Under the pieces are notes generated by a model. The model was given only the letters and a program-made list of their open reading frames with translations, was not told where the DNA came from and ran no database searches. Positions 22,359 to 33,655 of a stretch of DNA of 64,000 nt are shown here, piece by piece. The stretch comes from Alphaproteobacteria bacterium (lineage in GTDB: Bacteria; Pseudomonadota; Alphaproteobacteria; UBA828): contig CAXXMU010000006.1 of the NCBI GenBank assembly GCA_963667785.2, positions 1,024,001 through 1,088,000 of the forward strand, written 5' to 3'. How positions within the stretch are numbered: position 1 is the stretch's first letter; each line of letters starts with the position of its first letter. The translations under genes were made by a program, and so were the position numbers.

Positions 22359-22706
22359 TCAGTCGGCGGTCCCCGCCGGTGCGGCGCGGCGCAGCGCGGC
22401 GAGCAGTGCCGGATCCAGGGGGTCGAGCGGGCGCCCGGCGATCTCCTCGGCCGCGGCCCAGACCTGGGGCAGGTGCGCCACCAGGGTCGTGCGGCCGGCG
22501 TGGCTCCGCACCACATACTGATTGTTGGCCCAGTCCGACGCCTGGCAGCCATAGTGATCGAGGATCCGGTTGACCAGCGAGACGCGGCGCAGCCGGCCGA
22601 GATAGCGCTCGCGCCCGCTCTCGGGCTCGGCCGTGCGGCCGGCGTCGGTGCCGGCCTCTGTCCAGTGCACGCTGCCGTCGGCCATCATCGAGCAGAACGC
22701 GCACAC
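22359..22706 (-). CDS. Small hypothetical protein with N-terminal CxxC...HW
   Basis: GTG start after GGGGAG; C-terminal LDPLDP; follows the C45 gene. Confidence 0.65.
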   Translation of the reverse strand: MCAFCSMMADGSVHWTEAGTDAGRTAEPESGRERYLGRLRRVSLVNRILDHYGCQASDWANNQYVVRSHAGRTTLVAHLPQVWAAAEEIAGRPLDPLDPALLAALRRAAPAGTAD

Positions 22707-22736
22707 GACGCCGTCTCCCCGGCCCCGCCGGCCTGC

Positions 22737-23828
22737 TCAGGCGGCGAGCGGATACTCCTCGAAGGAGGAGCGACAGGGCTGGGTGTCGGTGATGTGGAGA
22801 GTCCGCTGCTTGAGCGAGATCACGATCGAATGGTTGGTCTCCAGCCGCAGATTCTCGGGCTCGTCGTCGTCATAGTGCGCGCAGATCGAGTGCGGGTGGG
22901 CGAAGTGGTCGCCCATCGCAGATTCGATGGCGGCCACGTCGAGCTCCTGCGACTGCCTGAGCAGCCGTTCGAGGCGGACATGGCGGTACATGGTGTTGGG
23001 CCAGAGCTTGACCACCTCCGACTCCACGTCGAGCTCGCAGAAGTGGTTTGAGTGCGTGAGCACCCCGTCCTCGGGGTAGATGAACGCCTCCTTGTCGGGG
23101 CTCGTCTCGATGTCGATGGCGATGCCGTCCTCGTGCGCGATGAGGAAGTTCATGGCGACGGTCCGGTTGGTGCCGCAGACTCCGAGGATCGCCTCCTGCA
23201 TGTTGCGGGCGTTGAGGATATCGCGCACCCGCATGCGGAAGGGCTTCTCGTACTCGTACTTGCCGTCCTCCGTCGTCATCAGGGCGTTGATGCACACGCC
23301 GATGCCGTGCTCGTTGACGCCCTGCATGCCGCCGATGGTGCCGACCTCGCCGATGTGGATGAAGTCCGGCCCGTCCTCCCGCGTTACCCTGGAGACTGCG
23401 GTGTTGATGTCCCGCACCCAGTCCCAGTTCTGACCGATGACGGTGTCGCCGTTCTTCGAGCGCTCGGGCAGCACCGCGAAGGAGGTGCAGCCGTCGGGCG
23501 CGACAGGCACGTGTTGCGGCTGCGCGTTGCTCTTCATCATGCCCACGAGCAGCTCGTAGCGCACGTTGAGGAGCGTGATCTCCTCCAGACTTCGGCCCGA
23601 GCCCTCGACCACGCCGTCGATCTCCTCCCAGAATAACGGGTCCCTCGGGCGGAGCGCCTCGGCCCACTTCGCGGATTCGGCCATCAGCACGTCCTTCTCG
23701 AAGCCCAGAAGCTCGAAGCGCTTGAGGTAGCGATCGAGATTCTCGTCGATCTCCTTCGACAGGATCTCGCCGTGGGCACGGCCGCGATCCCTGGGATCGC
23801 CCGTCAGGTTCAGCACTGGCTTGGTCAT
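22737..23828 (-). CDS. Peptidase C45/Ntn-hydrolase (isopenicillin-N acyltransferase-like)
   Basis: RGRAHGE; autocleavage site G-CTSF; GQNWDW, GVNEHG, THSNHF. Confidence 0.88.
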   Translation of the reverse strand: MTKPVLNLTGDPRDRGRAHGEILSKEIDENLDRYLKRFELLGFEKDVLMAESAKWAEALRPRDPLFWEEIDGVVEGSGRSLEEITLLNVRYELLVGMMKSNAQPQHVPVAPDGCTSFAVLPERSKNGDTVIGQNWDWVRDINTAVSRVTREDGPDFIHIGEVGTIGGMQGVNEHGIGVCINALMTTEDGKYEYEKPFRMRVRDILNARNMQEAILGVCGTNRTVAMNFLIAHEDGIAIDIETSPDKEAFIYPEDGVLTHSNHFCELDVESEVVKLWPNTMYRHVRLERLLRQSQELDVAAIESAMGDHFAHPHSICAHYDDDEPENLRLETNHSIVISLKQRTLHITDTQPCRSSFEEYPLAA

Positions 23829-23996
23829 CGCTCGCCTCCCGTGCGGCCTCCGCCGGCCACCTCCCTCTAGCTCCGAGCCTCGTTGCGAGCGTAGCAAGGC
23901 GGCCGCGCCGAGAGAAGGCGGAAAGAGAGCCGCGCCGGCGCATCGCGCGCTATCATCGGCGGACACAGCCGGGCTGCGACAGAGGGAGGCAGAAAC

Positions 23997-24911
23997 ATGG
24001 CCACGCAGAAGGACATCCAGGTTTGCTTCAATCCACACTTCGATGCGGTATCGCTCTGGATCGGGTCGTTCGGCGGCGCGGACTCGCCCTGCGACATCTC
24101 GCGCGGCGTCTTCGCGGCGCGCCAGGGAGTGCCGCGCATCCTTGAGATGTTCGCCCGCTACGGCATCAAGACGACGTGGGACATCACCGGCCACTCCATC
24201 GAGAGCTTTCCGAAGGAGGCCGAGATGGTCGCGAAGCACGGCCACGAGATCGGCGTTCACGGCTACACCCACGAGAACCCGCTCGCCATGTCCCGCCAGC
24301 AGGAGGCCGACGTTCTCGACAAGTGCGTCGAGCTGGTGACCGAACTCTGCGGTGTGCGGCCGACCGGCTACGTCGCGCCGTGGTGGGAGCTGAGCCCCAA
24401 CACCATCGACCTGCTTCTCGAGCGTGGCTTCGTCTACGACAGCAGCCTGATGGAGGACGACTACACGCCCTACTACCTGCGCAAGGGCGACCGCTGGACC
24501 AAGATCGACTACAGCAAGGATGCAGTCGAGTGGATGAAGCCCTGGGTGGCGGGAGAGTCGGTCGATCTCATCGAGCTGCCGGCGAGCTGGTACCTCGACG
24601 ACGCGCCGCCCATGATGTTCGTGAAGACCTTCCCCAACAGCCACGGCTGGGTAAACCCGCGGGACATCGAGGAAATCTGGCGCGACCAGTTCGACTGGAT
24701 CTACCGTCACTACGACCACGCCATCTACTGCTGCGTGATCCATCCCGACTGCGCCGGCAAGCCGCAGGTCCTGATGATGGTGGAGCGGCTCATCGACCAT
24801 GTCCTATCGCATTCCGGCGTGTGCATGGTGACCAAGGCCGACATGGCGGAGGACTTCAAGCGCCGCCAACCCTTCGGCGCCACGGCCGAGGGCGCGCCCG
24901 CCGCGGACTAG
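23997..24911 (+). CDS. Polysaccharide deacetylase (NodB-like, HP0310/PuuE type), cytoplasmic
   Basis: DSPCDISRG, HEIGVHGYTHE, GYVAPWWE, YDSSLM, IHPD. Confidence 0.88.
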   Translation: MATQKDIQVCFNPHFDAVSLWIGSFGGADSPCDISRGVFAARQGVPRILEMFARYGIKTTWDITGHSIESFPKEAEMVAKHGHEIGVHGYTHENPLAMSRQQEADVLDKCVELVTELCGVRPTGYVAPWWELSPNTIDLLLERGFVYDSSLMEDDYTPYYLRKGDRWTKIDYSKDAVEWMKPWVAGESVDLIELPASWYLDDAPPMMFVKTFPNSHGWVNPRDIEEIWRDQFDWIYRHYDHAIYCCVIHPDCAGKPQVLMMVERLIDHVLSHSGVCMVTKADMAEDFKRRQPFGATAEGAPAAD

Positions 24912-25057
24912 GCGAACGAGCCGAACGGCGCGGCCGCCACCCCCCTTGCCCGGCTCTGCGGCGGCCGGCACCCGGCACCGCCGCGGTCGATCGCGAGCAG
25001 GTCGGGGGCGGATTTCTCCCGTGCACGCTCTTGACCTTCGCGTGCAGCTGAATCGCT

Positions 25058-25128
25058 GCGCGCTCCCGGAGCACTCTAGGTGTTCGCGCGCTCCCGGAGC
25101 ACTCTAGGTGTTCGCGCGCTCCCGGAGC
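25058..25128. repeat. 28-bp tandem repeat x2.5 (GCGCGCTCCCGGAGCACTCTAGGTGTTC) over the permease stop codon
   Basis: Copies at 25058-25085 and 25086-25113, partial copy at 25114-25128. Confidence 0.95.
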
Positions 25129-27181
25129 GCGACGATCGCGCCGAGCAGAACGAGGCCGTAGATGATGTTGCGCACGGCCTCGGGCAGCACCGTGCCCGAC
25201 AGCATGATGCCGAGGCCGGTGAACAGAATCGCGCCACCCAGGATTCCCAGATAGTGGCCGCGGCCCCCGGTAATGAGGGTGCCGCCGAGCACCACGACGG
25301 CGATCGACGACAGCAGATAGGGGTCGCCCATCCCGTAGAACGCCTGGGCGCTGAAGCCCGCTAGAAACACTCCGACCAGGCTCGAGCAGAAGCCGCTCAG
25401 CACATAAGCGCCGACGATCGGGAAGCCGGTCCGCACACCCGAGAGGCGGCTCACCCGTTCGCTGTTGCCCACCGCGAAGATGCGCCGGCCCGGGGCGCTC
25501 CTGTTCAGGTAGAGCGTCGCCACCACGACGAAGCCGATGAGAAACCAGCCGATCGGCGCGATGCCGCCGATGCGCCCCGTGACGAACCAGGCCAGCGAAG
25601 GCGGAGCCTTGCCGATCGGCGCGCCCGAGCTGAACAGCAGCGACACGCCCTCCAGGATGCCGTTCATGGCGAGCGTCACGATGATCGGCGAGAGCCCGAA
25701 GAGCACGATGGTCATGCCGTTGAGGAAGCCGATGGCGATCCCGATCCCGAGCGCCGCCGGAATCACCCACACCGCCGGCGCGTCGAGCCCGTTGCAGAGC
25801 GTGGTGACGACGATCGCCGGGAAGGTCATGGTCCAGGGAACCGAGAGGTCGAGCCCGCCGGTGATGATGACCGTTCCCTGGCCGAGGCCGAGAATGGCGA
25901 GGAAGGCGGTCAGTATCAGCATGGCGTTGAGGTAGGCGAGCGGCGAGAAGTCGCTGCCGAAGATGCCGAGCGTGACACCCAGGATGACGATGTAGATGAG
26001 GTAGGCCGGCACCGCGAAGCGCAGCACGGCGCGGTGCCGGTCGATCCAGGGCGCAGCGGCTATGGCGGCGCCTGCACCCGGCGGATCCGGCCCGCCGAGG
26101 CGGATCGGCTCGCCCACCACCCGCAGCCTGGACGGCAGCGACGACTCCCGCAGCGCCCGCAGCGTCGCCCGCCAGAAGCGCGTGATCTCCACCACGGGCG
26201 AATCGCGGCCGAGCGAGAAGCCGAGCACGGCGATGAGCAGGATCACGCCCTCCACGATCGGCGTGTAGTAGGTGCGCACGCCCAGCACGAGGAAGATGTT
26301 CACGACCACTGTGAGCGTGAGGGCGCCGAAGATGGTTCCGACGGCACCGCCGCGGCCGCCGCCGATGAGCGTGCCCCCCAGCACGACGGCGGCGAAGATC
26401 TGGAGCAGCATCTTCGCGCCGATCAGCGGATCACCGCCGCCCATGTTGGCGGTGATGAAGAGGCCGGCCGCGCCGTAGCACATGCCCGCGAAGGTGAAGG
26501 TGAAGAAGCGGGTGCGGCGTACGTCGACCCCGTTGGCCTCGGCCGATCCCGCATCGCTGCCGATGGCGTAGATGCCGGTGCCGATCCGCGTGTTCTTGAG
26601 CATGAGCCAGAACAGGATGGCGACCGCGAGCACGACGACCGGGGCGGGCAGTCCTTCAGTGATGAGGTCGCCGGTAAAGACCAGGCTGAAGTCCCACGGC
26701 ATCTCGCCACCGGGGAACTTGAGCACGAGCAGCGCCGCTCCCTGCGCGATGAACATGGTGGCGAGCGTCACCACGATGGATTGCAGGCGGACATAGGCGA
26801 CGAGGAAGCCGTTGACCGCGCCGATGGCAGCACCCAGACCCAGCGCGATGACGAGCGCGACGAGGGTGAAGAGGCCGGTCCCCATGTCGGCGACGGGGCC
26901 GAGCTGGGTGACCAGCACCACGTTGACGAGCGAGATCACCGCGCCCGCCGAGAGATCGAGCCCGCCGGCGAGGATAACGATGGTCTCGCCCAGGGCGGCG
27001 AGCGCGAGGGTCGCGGCGCTCGCGCTGATGCTGCTGATGTCGAAGTAGGCGATGCCCTGGCCGGTGATGAGCTGCAGCGCGATCATGGCGGCGGCGAACA
27101 CGGCGATGGCGATGATCGTGCCGCGCTGGCGCGACCAGCTGAACGGCGGCAGGTAGGGCAACCGTGGCGCTCGGAGCGCGG

Positions 27182-27185
<4 letters not shown>
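25104..27185 (-). CDS. Sugar (CUT2/RbsC-type) ABC permease with two fused permease domains
   Basis: Two copies each of GGLDLS, IYAIG/IFAVG and VVLGGT...GGRG within 693 aa. Confidence 0.88.
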
Positions 27186-28705
<1,520 letters not shown>

Positions 28706-28830
28706 GGCCGGACTCTGCGTGCCGCCGCCGCCCGGTCAGTCCGGCGCCTTGGGGCGCGGTGGTTGCCGCCGCGCCCCTCGCACCTTGCCCCGGCCGGTAA
28801 CGGCCTGCAGCCGCCGCCCGCCGGTGTAGC

Positions 28831-29952
28831 TCAGCTACCGTCGGGCACCGCGCCGTTGAGAGCCGAATAGACGTCGAGCTCGGGCACCTGCGAATGCCAC
28901 ACGTCGATGAAGTAGTTCGACGGCGCGACGGAGAGAGGCACCGCATTGCAGGACCAATCCTTGGCGGTGAGCTCGGCCTTGTCCCCCGTGTCGCAGAGCG
29001 CCGTCTGCCCCGGTGTGACCAGGGGCATCGGGATCTCGGCGAAGCGCGGAATCTCGGCGCCGTCGAACTTTGCCATCCCGAGCTTGAAGGCGTACGGCGC
29101 GGCCCAGGGCGGCGAGCCCATCGACGCACTGCGCAGCCCGTAGGCGCCCTCGGTCGTTCCCGGCGGGAGCTGGGCCACGCGATGGCCGTTGGTGCCGTTG
29201 CCGGCGCAGGGCTTGAGCTGGTCGCCGCGGCCCTCGTCCACCTGCATCTGGGTAAAGACGTAGCAGCCGGTCTGGGTCCACAGGCCGTCGATCTTGTCCC
29301 ACCCGTGGGTTGCGACGATCTCGGTCAGCTTCTGCTTCGCCGTGGCGTTGTTCCACATGCTCGGCGTGTCGGCGATGATCGTGATGTCCGGGAACTCGGC
29401 GAACACCGCCTTGGCCGCGGAGTTCCGCCGCAGGTCGACCATGTTGCCGGGAATGCCGCCCATGAAGACGATGTTGCCCTTGCCGCCAAGCTCCTCGGCC
29501 AACCATTCGGCCGGCCCCGCGCCGGCCCAGTCCTGATTGATGCCGACGTGATGGGCGCAAGGCTCCGTGACCTGGGCGTCGAAGGTGATGAAGACCACGC
29601 CCCGGCGGCAGGCGTTACGGATGGCGCGGTTGAGCGCCGTCGGCGAGATCGCCCACGAGACGATGACTTGCGCGCCCGCCTGCACCATCGCGTTGATCTG
29701 CTGGATCTGGGTCTGCGCATTGCCGCGCGCGGACTGAATCTCGATATCTACCCGGTCCTTGTAGTCCTTGGTCCCCGCTATCGAGCTCAACAGGTTGGTG
29801 GACGCATCCATCCAGGTGTTGCCCTCGAAACCCAAGCTCACATAGACCTTGACCTTCTCGTCCGCGGTGGCCGTCCCGGCCGGCGCTAGGCCGCCCGCCA
29901 GAAGCGCCAGTGCCGCAGCCCCGAGCGCCGCGTTGCGCAGGTACTTTCTCAT
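28831..29952 (-). CDS. Sugar-type ABC substrate-binding protein
   Basis: Signal peptide; QIQQINAMV, WLAEELGGKGNI; leads the ABC operon. Confidence 0.88.
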   Translation of the reverse strand: MRKYLRNAALGAAALALLAGGLAPAGTATADEKVKVYVSLGFEGNTWMDASTNLLSSIAGTKDYKDRVDIEIQSARGNAQTQIQQINAMVQAGAQVIVSWAISPTALNRAIRNACRRGVVFITFDAQVTEPCAHHVGINQDWAGAGPAEWLAEELGGKGNIVFMGGIPGNMVDLRRNSAAKAVFAEFPDITIIADTPSMWNNATAKQKLTEIVATHGWDKIDGLWTQTGCYVFTQMQVDEGRGDQLKPCAGNGTNGHRVAQLPPGTTEGAYGLRSASMGSPPWAAPYAFKLGMAKFDGAEIPRFAEIPMPLVTPGQTALCDTGDKAELTAKDWSCNAVPLSVAPSNYFIDVWHSQVPELDVYSALNGAVPDGS

Positions 29953-30238
29953 TTCCGTCGCCTCCCGTTTGTGTCGCCGATCGCGCGCATATTCTTGTCA
30001 TTGACCGTTGTCAGACGCGCCTGCATGTCCGGCACAGCCATCATAGGCAGCGACCCTTGGTGCGACAACCGCTCGGGCTTTCGTCGGCCGGGCGGCACCC
30101 CGCCCCTGATCGTGAACGGCCATTCGCCTTGTCGCTCCCGGGTCGGCGGCGGTGAGGAATCCGCGCCGGCCGGGGCGTCGCCGTGCGAAGATGGGCCCCG
30201 GGACACAGGCTCCGCTCAGACCGCCACGGGAGGCTCGC

Positions 30239-31657
30239 GTGACGTCCGCGACCGAGAACGACTTCCAGGCCAGCGTGCGCGGGATGTTCGACCGCGCCGC
30301 GGCTGCGCTCGGCGTCCCGGACGACCTCGTCGAGACGATCCGCGAGTGCAAGTCCGTCATCCAGCTGCGCTTCCCGGTTCGCCTGCGGGGCCGCTACCAG
30401 ACCTTCTGCGGCTGGCGCGCGGTCCACAGCGAGCATCGGCTGCCCGTGAAGGGCGGCATTCGCTACGCGCCCTTCGTCGACCAGCAGGAGGTCGAGGCGC
30501 TGGCGGCGCTGATGACCTTCAAGTGCGCGCTGGTCGACGTGCCCTTTGGCGGCGCCAAGGGGGGCCTCGCGATCCGTCCCGACGACTACACGGAGGAAGA
30601 GCTCGAGCTGATCACGCGGCGCTTCACCCAGGAGCTTGCCGATCGCGGCTATATCAGTCCGAGCCGGGACGTGCCCGCGCCCGACATCGGCACCGGCGCG
30701 CGCGAGATGGCCTGGATGGCGGACGAGTACCGGCAGCTCTATCCCTCGGACATCGACGCGCTGGCGTGCGTCACGGGCAAGCCCGTGACCCAGGGAGGCA
30801 TTCCGGGACGCGAGGAGGCGACCGGCCGCGGGGTCCAGTACGTCCTCCGCGAGTTCTTCCGCCACCCGGACGACGTGGCCCGCAGCGGCCTGGAGGACGG
30901 CCTCGAAGGCAAGCGGGTCATCCTCCAGGGGCTCGGCAACGTGGGCTCTCACGCGGCCCGATACCTCGTCGAAGAGGAAGGCGTGCGCCTCACGGGCGTC
31001 ATCGAGCACGACGGTGCCCTTCTCTCCGATACGGGCCTTGCGCCCGCTGCGCTGGCGGAGCACATGGCCCGTGCCGGCGGGCTGGAGGGGTTCCCCGGTG
31101 CGCGCTTCGTCGCCGACGGCGCGTCCGTCCTTGAGGCGGAGTGCGACATTCTCGTTCCCGCCGCCATCGAGAGCCAGATTACCGAGGCCAACGCCCCACG
31201 CATCCGCGCGCCGCTCATCGTCGAGGCCGCCAACGGCCCGGTGACGCTCGCGGCCGAGCGGCAGCTGCTCGCGCGCGGCACGGCCATCCTGCCCGACCTT
31301 CTCGTCAACGCCGGCGGCGTGACCGTCAGCTACTTCGAATGGGTCTCCAACGTCTCGCACATGCGCTTCGGCCGGCTCTCGCGTCAGCTCGATATCCAGC
31401 GGGGCAAACGCATCATCGACATGATCGAGACGACGTCCGGCCGGACCGTGCCCGACGAGCTCAAGGCGCCGCTGCTGCGGGGCGTGGACGAGCTCGACCT
31501 GGTGCAGTCCGGTCTCGAGGACACCATGCGCGAGGCCTACGGTGCGATGCGCGAGACGATGCTGGGCTCGGACGCGATCGAGGACATGCGCACCGCCGCC
31601 TTCGCCGTGGCGCTGGAGAAGGTCGTGCGGTCCTACCGCCAGATGGGCCTCGCCTGA
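30239..31657 (+). CDS. gdh: Glu/Leu/Phe/Val dehydrogenase (glutamate dehydrogenase) with antenna-like insert
   Basis: KGGIRY, MTFKCA, GGAKGG, DVPAPD, REEATGRGV, QGLGNVG, EAANGP, NAGGVTVSYFEW. Confidence 0.92.
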   Translation: MTSATENDFQASVRGMFDRAAAALGVPDDLVETIRECKSVIQLRFPVRLRGRYQTFCGWRAVHSEHRLPVKGGIRYAPFVDQQEVEALAALMTFKCALVDVPFGGAKGGLAIRPDDYTEEELELITRRFTQELADRGYISPSRDVPAPDIGTGAREMAWMADEYRQLYPSDIDALACVTGKPVTQGGIPGREEATGRGVQYVLREFFRHPDDVARSGLEDGLEGKRVILQGLGNVGSHAARYLVEEEGVRLTGVIEHDGALLSDTGLAPAALAEHMARAGGLEGFPGARFVADGASVLEAECDILVPAAIESQITEANAPRIRAPLIVEAANGPVTLAAERQLLARGTAILPDLLVNAGGVTVSYFEWVSNVSHMRFGRLSRQLDIQRGKRIIDMIETTSGRTVPDELKAPLLRGVDELDLVQSGLEDTMREAYGAMRETMLGSDAIEDMRTAAFAVALEKVVRSYRQMGLA

Positions 31658-31727
31658 GGGCCGGGACCGCGCTCCGGGCGCCGCCGCCCGGCGCACCGCT
31701 TCGCACGGGTCGGGGCGTCGGGCCGGA

Positions 31728-33512
31728 TCAGAGCGGCCACACCAGCAGGATCAGCGGGATGGAGACCGCGACGATCAGCATCTCCAGCGGCAGCCCCATG
31801 CGCCAGTAGTCGCCGAAGCGGTAGCCGCCGGGGCCCATCACCAGCGTGTTGTTCTGGTGGCCGATCGGCGTCAGGAAGGCGCACGAGGCGCCGACCGCCA
31901 CCGCCATCAGGAACGGGTCCGCGTTGGTTCCCAGCCGCTCGGCGAGGCCCACGCCGATCGGCGCCATGATGACCGCCGTGGCGGCATTGTTGACGATGTC
32001 CGACAGCGTCATCGTCACCACCATCACCAGGACGAGGACGAAGACGGGAGAGAGCGCTCCGCCGGAGCCCAGAATTGCGTCGGTGATGAGCGCCGTGGTC
32101 CCCGTCGTCTCCAGCGCGCCGCCGATGGGCATCATCGAGCCGAGCAGGATGATGACCGGCCAGTTGATGCTGTCGTAGGCCTCGCGCAACGGGATGACCT
32201 TGAGGAAGAGCATGGCCGCCGCCGCGATGCCCAGCGCAATCGCCGGCGCGACGAAGCCGGCCGAGGCCGCCGCCATGGCCGCAACGAAGATGGCGACCGG
32301 CACCCAGGCCCGGCCGGTGCCGCCGATCCTGATGCCCCGGTCCACCAGCGGCAGGCAGCCGAGCTGCGCGAGCAGCGCGGGCATCTGGCTCTCGGGCCCC
32401 TGGAGCAGCAGGACGTCGCCTGCACGGAAGCGCACGGTGTGCAGGCGCGCGCCGATGCGCCGGCCCTGGCGGGAGATCGCGAGGAGGTCGAGGCCGTAGC
32501 GGCTGCGCAGCGAGACCCCGCTGGCGGTCCGTCTCTCGATCATGCCGGCGGGCGAGACCACCGCCTCGACCAGGACGAGGTCGTCCGCGCCGGACGCAGG
32601 CGCGTCCTTCGGCGCGGCGCCCACCAGCTCCAGGCCGAGGGTCTGGATGGTCTCGGCCAGGTCCTCGGGCGCGGCGCCGACCACCAGGATATCACCCCGC
32701 TTCACGCGCCCGCGCCAGCCCGCGAGCGCGACCCGCTCGCGGTCGCGGATCAGCTCCAGCAGCCGGGCGCTCTGGTCGTCGAAGATCGCCCGGAGCTGGC
32801 GCCGCCCCTTGCCGACGAGCGACGAGGCGGGCGGGACCCGGAGCTCCGTCAGGTAGTCGTCGATCTCGATGATCCGGGGCGACGGTCCGCCCTCGCGCCT
32901 CGCACGGGGGATCAGGCGCCAGCCGACGAACGCGACGAAGAGCACGCCCGCCATCGCCACCGGAAGGCCGACCGGCGCGAAGTCGAACATGGCAAAGCCT
33001 TCGCCGGTCGTCTCCGCACGGTAGGTGGCGATGATGATGTTGGGGGGCGTGCCGATCAGCGTGACCAGCCCGCCCAGGATGGCGGCAAACGCCAGCGGCA
33101 TGAGGACGAGGCCGGGCGCGTGCTCCGCCCGCCGCGCCGCGCGGAGCGCCACCGGCATGAAGAGCGCGAGCGCGCCGACGTTGTTGATGAAGGCTGAGAG
33201 GATCGAGGTGATGCCGCCCAGCACGCCGATCTGGACCGGGGCGCGCCGGCCCCCGTGCTGCTCGAGATGGCGCGAGAGGAGCGCGATCAGGGCCGAGCCG
33301 GAGAGCGCCCGGCTCAGGATCAGCACGGCCGCAACGGTGATGACCGCCGGATGCCCGAATCCCCGGAAGGCCTCCACCGGTTCCACCAGGCCGAGCACCA
33401 CCGTGAGAAGGAGCGCGCTGAACGCGACGAGGTCGTAGCGCCAGCGCCCCCAGACGAAGAGGGCGAGGATGCCGGCGAGCAGCGCCAGCATCGTCATCTG
33501 ATCGATGGTCAT
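31728..33512 (-). CDS. SLC13/DASS-family permease with TrkA-C domains
   Basis: FINNVGA, TLIGTPPNII, VNNAATA, LTPIGHQNN...GGYRFGDY. Confidence 0.9.
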   Translation of the reverse strand: MTIDQMTMLALLAGILALFVWGRWRYDLVAFSALLLTVVLGLVEPVEAFRGFGHPAVITVAAVLILSRALSGSALIALLSRHLEQHGGRRAPVQIGVLGGITSILSAFINNVGALALFMPVALRAARRAEHAPGLVLMPLAFAAILGGLVTLIGTPPNIIIATYRAETTGEGFAMFDFAPVGLPVAMAGVLFVAFVGWRLIPRARREGGPSPRIIEIDDYLTELRVPPASSLVGKGRRQLRAIFDDQSARLLELIRDRERVALAGWRGRVKRGDILVVGAAPEDLAETIQTLGLELVGAAPKDAPASGADDLVLVEAVVSPAGMIERRTASGVSLRSRYGLDLLAISRQGRRIGARLHTVRFRAGDVLLLQGPESQMPALLAQLGCLPLVDRGIRIGGTGRAWVPVAIFVAAMAAASAGFVAPAIALGIAAAAMLFLKVIPLREAYDSINWPVIILLGSMMPIGGALETTGTTALITDAILGSGGALSPVFVLVLVMVVTMTLSDIVNNAATAVIMAPIGVGLAERLGTNADPFLMAVAVGASCAFLTPIGHQNNTLVMGPGGYRFGDYWRMGLPLEMLIVAVSIPLILLVWPL

Positions 33513-33655
33513 GGCCGGGCCGTGCTCCCACCCGTTCGCGAATGCATTCGGGACTCGGCGAATCTGATCATTGCGGCATGGCGGGCGGCAAGGTCGCCGC
33601 TGCGGGACGCGCTCGCAGGCCTACACGGGACGGATCGGCGGGCGTGCGGGGAGCC

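Noticed and set aside
25058-25128. 28-bp repeats as a mini CRISPR array
   Set aside because: The copies are directly adjacent with no spacers, there are no cas genes, and the unit derives from the gene's own 3' end.
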